Part shown: one piece after another, positions 24,976-35,533 of the stretch | Numbering within the stretch: position 1 is the first letter of the stretch | Layout of the letters: every line of letters begins with the position of its first letter | Assembly: GCA_963700695.1 (NCBI GenBank) | Contig: CAVOYO010000004.1 | Location: 71,959-135,958 of the forward strand | Origin: an uncultured Acidobacteriota bacterium | GTDB taxonomy: Bacteria > Acidobacteriota > Vicinamibacteria > Fen-336 | Length of the DNA stretch: 64,000 nucleotides | Reading direction: 5' to 3' | Program-made: the position numbers and the translations under genes | Notes under the pieces: generated by a model | What the model was told of the DNA's origin: nothing | The model's database searches: none | The model's input: the letters and a program-made list of their open reading frames with translations, nothing else

Positions 24976-27900
24976 ATGCCGAAGGATCCCTCCATCAAGT
25001 CCGTTCTGGTCATCGGCTCCGGGCCGATCGTGATCGGACAGGCCTGCGAGTTCGACTACTCCGGCACGCAGGCGATCAAGGTTCTCCGCCAGGAGGGCGT
25101 CCGGGTCTCGCTCGTGAACTCGAACCCGGCGACGATCATGACCGACCCGGAGTACGCGGACCGCACGTACGTCGAGCCGCTGACCCCGGAGGCGCTCGAA
25201 GGCATCCTCGAGCGCGAGCGGCCAGATGCGCTGCTGCCCACCGTGGGGGGGCAGACCGCGCTCAACCTCGCGGTCGAGCTCGCCCGCCGCGGGGTGCTGG
25301 ACCGGCTCGGCGTCCGTCTCATCGGGGCCAGCCGCCGCGCGGTCGAGGTGGGCGAGGACCGGCAGCTCTTCAAGGAGGCGATGGCCCGCATCGGGCTGGA
25401 GGTGCCGAAGAGCGGCTTCGGGACCAACCTGGAGGAGGCCCGTGAGGTCCTCGAGATCACCGGTCTGCCCGCGGTCATCCGCCCCTCCTTCACCCTAGGG
25501 GGCACGGGGGGCGGGATCGCCTACAACCTCGAGGAGTTCGAGGAGCTGGCCGCCCGCGGTCTCGACCTCTCGCCCGCCACCCAGATCCTGATCGAGGAGT
25601 CCGTGCTCGGCTGGAAGGAGTACGAGCTCGAGGTCATGCGGGACAAGGCGGACAACTTCGTGGTGATCTGCTCCATCGAGAACTTCGACCCGATGGGCAT
25701 CCACACCGGGGACTCGGTCACCGTGGCCCCCGCCCAGACCCTCACCGACCGCGAGTACCAGGTGATGCGGAACGCCGCGCGGGCCATCATCCGCGAGGTC
25801 GGGGTGGAGACCGGCGGCTCCAACATCCAGTTCGCGGTGGACCCGAAGACGGGGCGGCTCGTCGTCATCGAGATGAACCCGCGTGTCTCCCGCTCCTCCG
25901 CCCTCGCCAGCAAGGCCACCGGCTTCCCGATCGCCAAGATCGCGGCGCTGCTGGCCATCGGCTACCGCCTCGACGAGATCCAGAACGACATCACCCGGGT
26001 GACGCCGGCCAGCTTCGAGCCCGTCATCGACTACGTGGTGGTCAAGATCCCGCGCTGGGCCTTCGAGAAGTTCCCCGACGCGAGCCCCAGCCTGGGCACG
26101 CAGATGAAGTCGGTGGGCGAGGTCATGGCCATCGGACGGACCTTCAAGGAGGCGCTGCAGAAGGGCCTGCGCGGCCTCGAGACCGGCATCAGCGGCTTTG
26201 CCCGCGCCGACCTCGACGAGACCCGCATCAAGGAGAAGCTCCTCGCGCCCGACCCCGACCGCATCTTCTACGTGAAGCTGGCGCTGGACCTCGGCTGGAG
26301 CCACGAGGAGATCTACCGGATGACGGGCATCGACCCGTGGTTCCTGGACCAGATCCAGCAGATCGTCGACCTCGAGCAACGGCTGGGCCCGGAGATGTTC
26401 GAAGACGCGGAGACCCTGCGCCAGGCCAAGCGCTTTGGCTTCTCCGACGTCCGCCTCGGGCAGCTCGCGGGGGCGAGCGAGGCGGTGGTGCGGGCGGCCC
26501 GCAAGGCCTTCGGCATCGAGGCCGTCTACAAGCGCGTCGACACCTGCGCCGCCGAGTTCGTCTCCTACACTCCCTACCTCTACTCGACCTACGAGCAGGA
26601 GTGCGAGGCCGAGCCCACCGACCGGAAGAAGATCGTGATCCTCGGCAGCGGCCCCAACCGCATCGGGCAGGGGATCGAGTTCGACTACTGCTGCTGCCAC
26701 GCCTCCTTCGCCTTCAAGGAGGAGGGGTACGAGACCATCATGATCAACTGCAACCCGGAGACGGTCTCGACCGACTACGACACCTCCGACCGCCTCTACT
26801 TCGAGCCCCTCGCCTTCGAGGACGTGATGAACATCCTGGAGAAGGAGAAGCCGGAGGGCGTCGTCATCCAGTTCGGCGGGCAGACACCGCTCGGTCTCGC
26901 CCTCCCCCTCCAGCGCGCCGGCGTCGAGATCCTGGGCACGAGCCCCGACGCCATCGACCTCGCCGAGGACCGCAAGCGCTTCAGCGCGCTGCTCCACGAG
27001 CTCGAGATTCCCCAGCCCCCGAGCGGCACCGCCAGCTCGATCGAGGAGGCGACGGTTGTGGCGGAGACCGTCGGCTACCCGGTGCTCGTCCGGCCGTCCT
27101 ACGTCCTCGGCGGCCGCGCGATGGCCATCGTCTACGACGGCTCCCACCTCGAGCGCTTTGCCCGCGAGGCGGTGAGAGCGTCGCCGGAGCACCCCATCCT
27201 CATCGACCGCTTCCTCGAGGACGCCTTCGAGGTGGACGTGGACGCCCTCGGGGACGGCGAGCGGGTCGTCATCGGCGGGATCCTGCAGCACATCGAGGAG
27301 GCGGGCGTCCACTCCGGCGACTCCGCGATGGTCCTCCCGACCTACAAGGTCGCCCCGCCCCACCTCGAGACCATCCGTCGCTACACCCGCGAGCTCGGCC
27401 TCGCCCTCGGGGTCAAGGGCCTGATGAACGTCCAGTACGCCATCAAGGACGACGTGGTCTACGTGCTCGAGGTGAATCCCCGCGCCTCGCGGACGACACC
27501 CTTCGTGAGCAAGGCCACCGGCGTGCCCCTGGCCAAGGTGGCGGCCCAGATCATGGCCGGGCGGACCCTGGCCGAGCTGGGGCTGACCGAAGACCTGGAG
27601 GTCGACCGCTTCTTCGTGAAGGAGTCGGTCTTTCCGTTCCTGAAGTTTCCCGGGGCCGACATCCTGCTCGGTCCCGAGATGAAGTCCACCGGCGAGGTGA
27701 TGGGCATCTCCAGCGACTTCGGGATCGCCTTCGCCAAGTCCCAGCAGGCCGCGGGCTACCACATCCCGACCTCGGGGACGGTTTTCGTGTCGGTCAACGA
27801 CTTCGACAAGCCCGGGGTGCTGCCTCACGCGAGAGAGCTCCACGAGATGGGCCTCGAGATCGTCGCCACGAAGGGCACCGCCGAGTACTTGAACGCCCAC

Positions 27901-28260
27901 GGCGTCCCCGCGGAGATGGTGTACAAGGTGGCCGAGGGACGCCCCAACGTCGTGGACCACATCAAGGATGGGCGCATCAGCATCGTCTTCAACACCCCGC
28001 TCGGGGGCGAGTCCTTCTACGACGACGGCGCCATCCGCAAGAGCGCGGTTCTGCACAACGTCCTCGTGGTGACGACCCTCACCGCCACCGCTGCCACCGT
28101 CCAGGCCATTCGAGCGTTGCGCGAGCGGGCCACCGACGTCGCGAGCCTCCAGGAGATCCACCTCGGGGAGCCGGGGCCGGCCGTGGATCCGCCTCCCGCC
28201 CCGTCCCGTCCGGTCGCCGGCGGCGCCCGGGGTCGGCCGGCGGATCGCGGGACGACGTGA
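24976..28260 (+). CDS. carB: carbamoyl-phosphate synthase large subunit
   Basis: 1094-aa ORF. N-terminus: [33 protein letters not shown]. It has duplicated ATP-grasp halves and an MGS-like C-terminus, then a short Pro-rich tail. Confidence 0.97.
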   Translation: MPKDPSIKSVLVIGSGPIVIGQACEFDYSGTQAIKVLRQEGVRVSLVNSNPATIMTDPEYADRTYVEPLTPEALEGILERERPDALLPTVGGQTALNLAVELARRGVLDRLGVRLIGASRRAVEVGEDRQLFKEAMARIGLEVPKSGFGTNLEEAREVLEITGLPAVIRPSFTLGGTGGGIAYNLEEFEELAARGLDLSPATQILIEESVLGWKEYELEVMRDKADNFVVICSIENFDPMGIHTGDSVTVAPAQTLTDREYQVMRNAARAIIREVGVETGGSNIQFAVDPKTGRLVVIEMNPRVSRSSALASKATGFPIAKIAALLAIGYRLDEIQNDITRVTPASFEPVIDYVVVKIPRWAFEKFPDASPSLGTQMKSVGEVMAIGRTFKEALQKGLRGLETGISGFARADLDETRIKEKLLAPDPDRIFYVKLALDLGWSHEEIYRMTGIDPWFLDQIQQIVDLEQRLGPEMFEDAETLRQAKRFGFSDVRLGQLAGASEAVVRAARKAFGIEAVYKRVDTCAAEFVSYTPYLYSTYEQECEAEPTDRKKIVILGSGPNRIGQGIEFDYCCCHASFAFKEEGYETIMINCNPETVSTDYDTSDRLYFEPLAFEDVMNILEKEKPEGVVIQFGGQTPLGLALPLQRAGVEILGTSPDAIDLAEDRKRFSALLHELEIPQPPSGTASSIEEATVVAETVGYPVLVRPSYVLGGRAMAIVYDGSHLERFAREAVRASPEHPILIDRFLEDAFEVDVDALGDGERVVIGGILQHIEEAGVHSGDSAMVLPTYKVAPPHLETIRRYTRELGLALGVKGLMNVQYAIKDDVVYVLEVNPRASRTTPFVSKATGVPLAKVAAQIMAGRTLAELGLTEDLEVDRFFVKESVFPFLKFPGADILLGPEMKSTGEVMGISSDFGIAFAKSQQAAGYHIPTSGTVFVSVNDFDKPGVLPHARELHEMGLEIVATKGTAEYLNAHGVPAEMVYKVAEGRPNVVDHIKDGRISIVFNTPLGGESFYDDGAIRKSAVLHNVLVVTTLTATAATVQAIRALRERATDVASLQEIHLGEPGPAVDPPPAPSRPVAGGARGRPADRGTT

Positions 28261-29024
28261 AGTCCCTCTACCTCGCCCTGTCCGGAGGCGGCGCCCACGC
28301 CGCCGCCCACTGCGGGGTCCTGAGGGCCCTCGACCGCGAGGGCATCCCGGTCGCGGGGATGGCCGGGGTGAGCGGGGGTGCGCTGGTGGCCGCGGCCTGG
28401 GCCGGCGGGGCCGACCTCGACCGGCTGATCGAGCAGGCGTCGGGGCTCCATCCCTGGATGTGGGTCCGGGGCTGGGGCGGCGGCCTGCTCTCCGGTAGTC
28501 GGCTCGGGGCCCTGATCGACGAGTTCGTGCCTGTGGACCGCTTCGAGGAGCTGCGGGTGCCCCTGATCGTCGTGGCCACGGACGTCGACACCGGCGAGGC
28601 CGTCGTGTTCAGCGAGGGCAGCCTGCTGCGCGACGTGGTCCGGGCCTCCTGCAGCTTCCCTGGCGTCTTCCCGCCCTTCTCCTGGGAAGGCCGGCGCCTC
28701 GTGGACGGTGGGGTCTCGGAGGTCGTGCCGGTCAGCCGCGCCCGTGAGCTGGCCGGCGACAGCGGCCTCGTCGTCGCCATTGACTGCAACGCCGGGGGGA
28801 GGTGGCCCGCCGCCGACTCCTTCATCGCCATCGCGCTCCGCGCCGGGCTCACCATGGTGCGTGGCCGGACCCGCTCGGAGCTGACCGGCGCCGACCTCGT
28901 CATCGCCCCCTCCATCGGCGAGTCGGGGTGGATGCGGCCCCAGCGTATCCCGCGCTTCGCCGAGGCCGGAGAAGAGGCCCTGGTCGAGGCGCTGCCTGAG
29001 CTGCGGCGCCTGCTCGACGGCTGA
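28257..29024 (+). CDS. patatin-like phospholipase
   Basis: GTG 28257 overlaps the carB stop (GTGA). Motifs: [18 protein letters not shown] (oxyanion GGG), GVSGGA (GxSxG), and DGGV in the catalytic Asp region. Confidence 0.85.
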   Translation: MKSLYLALSGGGAHAAAHCGVLRALDREGIPVAGMAGVSGGALVAAAWAGGADLDRLIEQASGLHPWMWVRGWGGGLLSGSRLGALIDEFVPVDRFEELRVPLIVVATDVDTGEAVVFSEGSLLRDVVRASCSFPGVFPPFSWEGRRLVDGGVSEVVPVSRARELAGDSGLVVAIDCNAGGRWPAADSFIAIALRAGLTMVRGRTRSELTGADLVIAPSIGESGWMRPQRIPRFAEAGEEALVEALPELRRLLDG

Positions 29025-29025
29025 G

Positions 29026-30140
29026 GTGGAGCCGGTGCGCCGCCGCACGCTCCTCGTCCTCGCCGCGACCGCCGCCTTCCTCGCCGCCCTCGTCCTCGTC
29101 GCGATCGGCTACGACCGCCCGCCGGTGACACCGGGGGCCTGGCTCGCGGAGAGCGGCCTCGAGGCGAGGTTCCTGACGGTGGACGGTCACCGCCTGCGCT
29201 ACGTCCGCGCCGGGAGCGGTCCCGCGGTCGTTCTCGTCCACGGGTTCGCCTCCTCGCTCTACACCTGGAAGGACATCCTGCCCGGCCTCGTCCCCGAGCA
29301 CGACGTGATCGCCCTCGACCTGCCCGGGTCGGAGGTTCCGAGCGGCGCGCGGACCTGTCATTTCGAGAGCTCCCGCAGGCGGTCCTCGGGCTCATGGACG
29401 AGCTCGGGATCGCCCGGGCCGCGCTCGTCGGCAACAGCATGGGGGGAGCGGTGGTCGCTGTGGTGGCTGCGGAGCAGCCAGAACGCGTCACCGCCCTCGT
29501 GCTCATCGATGCCGCCGGCTTCAACCTGGGCCCGGGCGAGGCCCCGGCGATGGTGCGCCTGGCCATGTCGCCCGTGGGATCGCTCGTCTCGCGACTCCCC
29601 TTCAAGCGCCTCGTCGTCGAACGGTCCCTGCGCGAGGTCTTCCACGACGACAGCCACGTCACCGCCGAACGCGTCGCCGAGTACATGGAGGGCCTGCAGC
29701 AGCCGGGGGCCTTCGCCTCGGTCCGCTCTGTGCGGATCTCACTCGCGGAGCGGGGCATGGTCGTGCAGGAGAGCCTGTCTCGGATCCAGGCCCCGACCCT
29801 CGTCGTCTGGGGCCGCGAGGACCGTTGGATCCCCGTCGCCCACGCGGAGCGTTTCGTGGAGGCGATCCCGGGGGCACGCAAGCTCATCTTGGAAGAGTGC
29901 GGCCACATGCCGCAGGCCGAGAGGCCGGACTTGATGACGGAGCTGCTGTCGGAGTTCCTGGCCGGGGCAGGGGACGGAGTCGGGAAGGACGGATGGACCC
30001 GGTCCCAGGCCGGAGGAGTCCATTCCTCGTTCGTCACCCTGGCGGCGCTGGCTGCGGGCTGTGGCTCCTCGCACTGGACTTCGTCTGAGCCTCGTTGTTC
30101 TCCGCGGTGTCGAGTCCGATTCGACCGGATCCTGGGGTAG
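29026..30140 (+). pseudogene. alpha/beta-fold hydrolase interrupted by a 1-nt deletion near 29339 (or sequencing error)
   Basis: ORF 29026..29934 reads VVLVHGFASSLYTWKDILPGL...ALDLPG and then nonsense. ORF 29394..30140 continues with GNSMGGAVV...ECGHMPQ. Adding one T at cccgggTcgg restores DLPGFGGSERRADLSFRELPQAVLGLMDELGI. Confidence 0.75.
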
Positions 30141-30242
30141 GCTTGGGCTCCCCTGGCCGCCCACCGGGGTCCACGCTGGCGAGCTCGAGACCCGCAGGGT
30201 CAGCAACGAAGGGTCGGAAGTGCAGCGGAAGGAGAGGACGCG

Positions 30243-30593
30243 ATGATCATCGGCCATGTGAAGGACGTCGAGAAGGACGAGGTTCGGGCGAAGGGTTGCC
30301 AGGGGGCGGGGATCCAGTGGCTGCTCGGTCCGAAGGACGGCGTCCCCCACTTCCACATGCGGTACGTCACGGTCGCGGCTGGCGGCCTGATCCCGCTCCA
30401 CTCCCACGGGCCCGTGCACCAGATGTTCATCGTCAAGGGCCAGGGTGCGGTGCTCTACGAGGGCGGCGAGACGCCCATCGAGGAAGGCAGCTTCGTGTAC
30501 ATGCCTTCGAAGAAGGTCCACGGCACCCGGAACACCGGCCCAGACCCACTGGAGTTCGTCTGCTGCATCAACAAGCTCGACGAGGGCCGCTGA
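30243..30593 (+). CDS. cupin-domain protein
   Basis: 116 aa with cupin motifs GGLIPLHSHGPVHQMFIVKG and VYMPSKKVHGTRN. Confidence 0.8.
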   Translation: MIIGHVKDVEKDEVRAKGCQGAGIQWLLGPKDGVPHFHMRYVTVAAGGLIPLHSHGPVHQMFIVKGQGAVLYEGGETPIEEGSFVYMPSKKVHGTRNTGPDPLEFVCCINKLDEGR

Positions 30594-30604
30594 GCCGCGC
30601 CGGC

Positions 30605-30626
30605 GAGAGACCCGGCGAGGGTCTCT
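30605..30626. terminator. hairpin GAGAGACCC-GGCGA-GGGTCTCT between convergent genes
   Basis: 8-bp stem and 5-nt loop read directly. There is no clear U-tract. Confidence 0.3.
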
Positions 30627-30653
30627 GTTCGGGCCAGGACGAAGCCGGGGAGG

Positions 30654-31484
30654 CTACTTTCGCTCGAGGATGACGAGCGTCTCTCTGGCCCTCTGGGCGA
30701 TGGGACTCTGGGGATGCTCGCGCACGATCACCTCCATCGTCTGCATCCCCTGCTCGTGGCGGCCCCACGAGACGTAGTTCCGCCCGAGCATGAAGAGGAG
30801 CTTGGGCTGGTCCGCCCCCTCCGGGTCGAGGCTGAGCGCTTCCTTGATCAGCGACTCCGCCTCCGCGAAGTGGCGCTGGACGTTCTGCAGGATCGCGAGC
30901 AGCAGACGCGTGCGCCGACGCTCGGGGATGGGGCGGTCACTGTCGTTCGCGGCGGCGTGAGTCAGCAGCTCCGCGCTCTCTTCGTAGCACTCCTGGTCGA
31001 AGAGGTGCTCACCCAGGGCGTAGGCCGCCTCCGCGTCGTCCGGGTTCTGCTCGAGGGCCACCTCCCAGGTGCTCACGCGCTGCGCGGCCTGAAGCGCCTT
31101 CTCCATGACGTAGGGGAACCGTCCGGGGCCCATGAAGCTGTTCACGCGCCAGACCTGTCGCCCACGCGGGGAGAGGAAGAGGATGGTCGGCAGCGAGTGA
31201 ACTCTATAGCGATTCGCGATCTCCAGCTCCCGACTGCTACCCTCGGTGTTGACCTTCACCGCCACGAAGTTCTGCGCCATCTTTCCGACGACAGGGTCGA
31301 TGTACGTCGTGCGGTCGAGCCGGTGGCACCACCCGCACCACTCGGCCCAGAAGTCGACCAGGACGGGCTTCTCGTGCTTCTCGGCTGTCTTCATCGCCTC
31401 GTCGAAGCTCTTCTCCCACTGAATCCCCTTCGCCGTGGGCGTCGGGCCCACGAGGAGAAGCGCGAGAGCGAGGGCGCTGGTCAT
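30654..31484 (-). CDS. secreted thioredoxin-fold protein (WCGWC) with TPR-like C-terminal half
   Basis: Signal-like N-terminus MTSALALALLLVGPTPTAKG. Thioredoxin motif: VLVDFWAEWCGWCHRLD. The C-terminal half is helical and repeat-like. Confidence 0.75.
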   Translation of the reverse strand: MTSALALALLLVGPTPTAKGIQWEKSFDEAMKTAEKHEKPVLVDFWAEWCGWCHRLDRTTYIDPVVGKMAQNFVAVKVNTEGSSRELEIANRYRVHSLPTILFLSPRGRQVWRVNSFMGPGRFPYVMEKALQAAQRVSTWEVALEQNPDDAEAAYALGEHLFDQECYEESAELLTHAAANDSDRPIPERRRTRLLLAILQNVQRHFAEAESLIKEALSLDPEGADQPKLLFMLGRNYVSWGRHEQGMQTMEVIVREHPQSPIAQRARETLVILERK

Positions 31485-31491
31485 CGGCAGC

Positions 31492-32220
31492 TCACCCCGA
31501 GTGAACCCGGGCCCCGGCCCGACAGGCCTCCGCCTGCGCGTCGAAGAGCGATTGGAAGGACTCCGAGTGGTCCCAGAACGTCTCGGGGTGCCACTGCACC
31601 CCGACGACGAAGCGGCGATCGGGCATCTCGATGCCCTCGATCACCCCGTCCTCATCGCAGCGGGCCGACACGACGAGCCCGCTGCCGAGCCGCCCGACCG
31701 CCTGGTGGTGAAAGCTGTTCACGGGAATCGTTGCCTCGCCGAGGATGCCGCAAAGACGTGTCCCCGGGTCGACCCCGATCCGGTGGACGCGGCGCGAGCG
31801 AGGTTCAGGACAGTCGTGCCTCTCGCCTCCTGCTATGTCTGACGGGAGATCCTGGATCAGTGTTCCGCCGCTGGCAACGTTTAACACCTGTATTCCCCGA
31901 CAGATAGCGAGGATCGGCAGGTCCCGGCGGACCGCCTCGCGGACGAGCGCGATCTCGAGATCGTCGCGCCGGCGATCGACCCGGCGAAGCTTCGGGTGGG
32001 GGGCCTGGTCGAAGAGGGCGGGGTCCACGTCCACCCCCCCGGAGAGCAGCAGGCCATCCAGGCGATCGAGGAGCGGCGCGGCATCGGCCGGCGGGCCCGG
32101 CGCCAGGACGACGGGGATCGCGTCCGCCTGCTCGACGGAGCGGACGTAGTCGTCACGGAGCACGTGGACACCGGGCCGCCCGTGCTCGTCGTCCAGCGTG
32201 ATCCCGATGACGGGCCGCAT
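31492..32220 (-). CDS. class I glutamine amidotransferase / gamma-glutamyl hydrolase family (peptidase C26, PuuD-like)
   Basis: Internal ATG at 32220 of ORF 31492..33282 gives MRPVIGITLDD. Motifs: ILAICRGIQVLN, FHHQAV, GVQWHPE. The start overlaps the argS stop by 1 nt. Confidence 0.85.
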   Translation of the reverse strand: MRPVIGITLDDEHGRPGVHVLRDDYVRSVEQADAIPVVLAPGPPADAAPLLDRLDGLLLSGGVDVDPALFDQAPHPKLRRVDRRRDDLEIALVREAVRRDLPILAICRGIQVLNVASGGTLIQDLPSDIAGGERHDCPEPRSRRVHRIGVDPGTRLCGILGEATIPVNSFHHQAVGRLGSGLVVSARCDEDGVIEGIEMPDRRFVVGVQWHPETFWDHSESFQSLFDAQAEACRAGARVHSG

Positions 32221-34166
32221 CACATCCGCTCCGGAACCGGGATGCCCAGGAGATCGAGCAAGACCTCCATCTGGCGGACGAAGGTGTCCACGACGAAGGT
32301 CCGGAACGCCCGGAGGTCGTCGCTCTCCGCGTGGAGCACCGAGTGCTGGGGCTTCTGGTAGTACGAGTGAAACGCCTGGGCGACGCCGAAAGCGTGCTTG
32401 GCCAGCAGCGCCACGTCCTCGCCCCGGATGGCCTGCTCCTCGACCTCCTCGGTCCGACTCATGAGGAGGAGCAGCGACCAGACCTCGTCGCCCTCCTCGC
32501 CGGACAGGGCTCGGCCCAGGTCGATCTTCCGGGCGCGGGCGAGGAGATCCTCGACTTGGTGCCCCTGCGCCTCCAGCTTCCCGAAGATGTTCCGGGCGCG
32601 GACGACGGCGTTCTGGACGTAGGGTCCGGTCTCTCCGGTGAACGCCAGGGCCTCCTCCATGTCGAAGGTGATGATGCGGTTCCGGGAGAACCGGAGCATG
32701 AAGTAGCGGAGCGCGCCGGTGGCCACCGCGGCCGCGGTCGCCTCCCGGGCCGCGGGGTCGCGGTCGGGATCGCGCGCGTCGACCTCGGCCCGGGCCTTGG
32801 TCAGGAGCGCGTCCAGGAGATCGTCCGCCTTCACCCCGAGACCCTTGCGGCCCGAGACCTTGACGGAGCTCTCGTCCCCGGAGACCTCGTAGCCGAGGGC
32901 CCGCGCGGTGGCGGGGGAGAGGACGACCTTCTCGTAGGCCAGGTGGTGCGACCCTTCGGCCTCCGCGTCGTAGCCCAGGGCGGCCACCGCGGCCTTGACC
33001 ACTCCCTGCGTGTAGGACTGGCCGACGTCGATCACGTTGTAGACGGCTTTGGCGTGCCCGAAAGTGGGTGCGCCGGGCTCGCCCTCGTCGCTCGTCGTGG
33101 TCCACAGCTCGTGTCCGTCCGGGTCCGTGCGGTACCGGCGGTAGAGGAAGTCGCGGTCGAGCCGTCCGAGCTTCCAGAGCTGGTAGGCGATGTCCTTGCC
33201 CGTGTACGTGACCGTTCCGCTCGACCGCACGATGATCTTGTTTTCGTCGGCTCCACCCCCGCCCATGGGAAGCACCCAGCACCCCACGTTCTTCCCCTCC
33301 GTCTCGTGGCGGATCGCGCCCTTCTCCTTCAGGAGCTCGAACGCCCGATTCCAGAAGTGCAGGCGCAGGATGTCGCTCTCATGGGCGAGCAGATCGTAGC
33401 GGATGCCGAGACGCCCCATCGTGGCGAGGTGGCAGTCGACGATGCGGGCGGCGACGTGGGCGCCCAGGCGGGCGGTGTCGTTCCCCCCTTCCTCGATCGC
33501 GTGGAGCGTCTCTGCCTGCAGGGCCTTGTGGTCCGGGTCGGCCGCGTAGAAGTCCCCGACCTTCGCGTAGAGGTCCCAGCAGTAGTGGTCGAACGCGGCC
33601 CGTCGAGCTTCTCGACCTCGTGCCAGGTCCTTCTTCTCGAGGTGCAGGAACCCGACCACCACGTCTGCCACCTGCACGCCGGTGTCGTCGATGTAGTTCT
33701 GGACGCCGACGTCGAACCCCCGGTGGCGGAGCAGCCGCACGAAGGTGTCGCCCAGGCAGGCGTTGCGGAGGTGGCCGATGTGCGCGGCCTTGTTGGGGTT
33801 GATGCTGGTGTGCTCGACGATGACGTGGCCCCGGGAGTCCGACGGCGCACCGGGGCCGACCAGCGACTCGTGCAGGCTCCCGGCGAAGGTCCCGCGGTCG
33901 AGGAAGAGGTTGACGTAGGCCCCCCCCGCCACCTCCGCCCGCTCGATTCCCGGGGTTGATCCCAGCTCCTCCGCCAGCCGCTGCGCGATCTCCCGCGGCT
34001 TGCGGCGCAGCGTCTTCGCCAGGTCGAAAGGCGCGGTGAGGGCGAGGTCTCCCAGCTCCACCCGGGGCGGGTACTGGAACGAGACGTTCTCGAGGGGGAT
34101 GTCGAAGGCCGTCCGCGCCGCCGAACGCACCGCCTCGGCGAGGCGGTGCTGCATATCGAGGATCAC
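32220..34166 (-). CDS. argS: arginine--tRNA ligase
   Basis: 648-aa ORF with the HIGH-region motif HTSINPNKAAHIGHLRN and ArgRS-like N- and C-terminal domains. Confidence 0.92.
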   Translation of the reverse strand: MILDMQHRLAEAVRSAARTAFDIPLENVSFQYPPRVELGDLALTAPFDLAKTLRRKPREIAQRLAEELGSTPGIERAEVAGGAYVNLFLDRGTFAGSLHESLVGPGAPSDSRGHVIVEHTSINPNKAAHIGHLRNACLGDTFVRLLRHRGFDVGVQNYIDDTGVQVADVVVGFLHLEKKDLARGREARRAAFDHYCWDLYAKVGDFYAADPDHKALQAETLHAIEEGGNDTARLGAHVAARIVDCHLATMGRLGIRYDLLAHESDILRLHFWNRAFELLKEKGAIRHETEGKNVGCWVLPMGGGGADENKIIVRSSGTVTYTGKDIAYQLWKLGRLDRDFLYRRYRTDPDGHELWTTTSDEGEPGAPTFGHAKAVYNVIDVGQSYTQGVVKAAVAALGYDAEAEGSHHLAYEKVVLSPATARALGYEVSGDESSVKVSGRKGLGVKADDLLDALLTKARAEVDARDPDRDPAAREATAAAVATGALRYFMLRFSRNRIITFDMEEALAFTGETGPYVQNAVVRARNIFGKLEAQGHQVEDLLARARKIDLGRALSGEEGDEVWSLLLLMSRTEEVEEQAIRGEDVALLAKHAFGVAQAFHSYYQKPQHSVLHAESDDLRAFRTFVVDTFVRQMEVLLDLLGIPVPERM

Positions 34167-34219
34167 AATCTATAATTCTAGCCACTCCCCATGGGTCTCC
34201 CTTTCGCGTTGACTTCTTT

Positions 34220-35032
34220 TTGCCCGTGAGCACGGCCACCTCCTCCCCTCCGGTGCCCTGGAAGGCGGTCGCCCTGCCCGTGGAGCACGGGGCGTGGGGC
34301 TTCCTCGTCGAGCCGATCATTCTCGGGCTCGTGCTCGGGCCCTCGGCGGCCGGCGTCTGCATCGGGGGGGCGGCGGTCGCCGCCTTCCTCGCGCGGCACC
34401 CGCTTCGTCTCGTCCTCATGGACCGCCGCAAGGGCGCGCGCCACCCGCGGACGGCGCTCGCCGAGCGGTTCGTGCTTCTCTACGGTGCCGTCGCCCTTGC
34501 TCTCGTGGCCCTCGCCGTTCCCCTCGCCCGGGCCCCCTTCTGGCCGGCCCTCGCCCTGGGGATCCCGCCCGCCCTCGTGGCCCTGGTCTACGACCTGCGG
34601 GGGCGGAGCCGGGAGGCCCTTCCGGAGGCCGCCGGCGGGGTGGCGCTGGGGGCCTCGGCGTCGGCCATCGCCCTCGCCGGCGGGGTGGCTGTCGCCCCCG
34701 CCTTCGGGGCCTGGGCGTTGCTCGCACTGCGCGGGATGACCGCGATCCTGTACGTGCGCGCGCGCCTGCGTCTCGACCGGGGGCTCCCGACCGGGATCTC
34801 CCTGACCCTGGCCAGCCACGGCGCCGCCATCGCCGCCGCCGTCCTCCTCGCCGCCGCCGGATGGGGGCCCTGGCTGGGAGTCCTGGCCCTTGCCCTCCTC
34901 CTTCTCCGCGCGGCGCACGGCCTCTCCTCGCGCCGGCCCCAGCTCCGCCCGCAGGCCCTGGGCTTCCGCGAGATGGTGTGGGGTCTCGTCACGCTCGTCC
35001 TGCTCGCCGTCGGATACCGGCTTGGCCCCTGA
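34220..35032 (+). CDS. polytopic membrane protein, YwiC-like
   Basis: 270 aa with several hydrophobic helices. The N-terminal PVEHGAWGFLVEPIILG resembles the YwiC-like family as I recall it. It uses a TTG start, and a TATAAT hexamer lies at 34171-34176 in the AT-rich divergent region shared with argS. Confidence 0.45.
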   Translation: MPVSTATSSPPVPWKAVALPVEHGAWGFLVEPIILGLVLGPSAAGVCIGGAAVAAFLARHPLRLVLMDRRKGARHPRTALAERFVLLYGAVALALVALAVPLARAPFWPALALGIPPALVALVYDLRGRSREALPEAAGGVALGASASAIALAGGVAVAPAFGAWALLALRGMTAILYVRARLRLDRGLPTGISLTLASHGAAIAAAVLLAAAGWGPWLGVLALALLLLRAAHGLSSRRPQLRPQALGFREMVWGLVTLVLLAVGYRLGP

Positions 35033-35087
35033 GCGACCCGCGGGCCGCCGCCCCCGAAGCGGGCTCCGTCTTCGCTATGATCCAAGG

Positions 35088-35528
35088 ATGCGCCACCTGG
35101 CTCTTCTCCTGGTCATGGCCCTCCCCTCGGCCGTGTCCGCCGGACCCCCGCAGTTCGATCTCCTGGGCTCGTTCGAGCCCCCCGGGAAGCCAGGGGAGGA
35201 CGCCGCGGTCGCGGTCATGTTCCGCGCGCTCGATCCCGACCTGCGGCTGAACGAGACGCCGGCCCCTCGCCTGAAGCTGGATCTGACCGAGCCGGTCCTC
35301 GAGGATCGACAGCCCCCCGCGCCGCGACGGGTCCCCGACTACGACCCCCTCACCGCGAAGTACATCGACATCGCCGAGCCCGTCCGCTTCCCCGTGGCCA
35401 TCGCTCCCACGGCGCCTGGCGGCGTCCAGCGGGTCGAGGCCACCGTCGTCTACTTCTACTGCTCGATCCGGGAAGCGTGGTGCCGGCGCGGCACCGCCAG
35501 GATCGACTTCACGGTGGCGGTGCCCTGA
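35088..35528 (+). CDS. small secreted protein, possibly DsbD-N/ScsB-like
   Basis: Internal ATG at 35088 gives MRHLALLLVMALPSAVSA (signal peptide). It has a C-terminal Cys pair, YFYCSIREAWC. The family assignment is tentative. Confidence 0.45.
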   Translation: MRHLALLLVMALPSAVSAGPPQFDLLGSFEPPGKPGEDAAVAVMFRALDPDLRLNETPAPRLKLDLTEPVLEDRQPPAPRRVPDYDPLTAKYIDIAEPVRFPVAIAPTAPGGVQRVEATVVYFYCSIREAWCRRGTARIDFTVAVP

Positions 35529-35533
35529 TGGTG

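Noticed and set aside
25495-28161. Very long ORFs antisense to, or out of frame with, clear genes. Examples: 25495..28161(-), 3861..6083(-), 53884..56607(-), 7024..10230(+), 10255..12762(+), 41105..43315(+), 48109..50415(+), 26337..29024(+) upstream part, 28268..30037(-).
   Set aside because: Their translations are Arg/Gly/Pro/Ala/His-rich low complexity. They overlap genes with unmistakable family motifs (carB, feoB, RND, the giant adhesins). In GC-rich DNA, stop-free shadow frames are expected.
34166-34220. TATAAT (34171-34176) and TTGACT (34209-34214) hexamers in the argS / YwiC-like divergent region, considered as a defined sigma-70 promoter.
   Set aside because: The two hexamers are in the wrong order and spacing to form one -35/-10 pair for either gene. 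I note only that the region is AT-rich.
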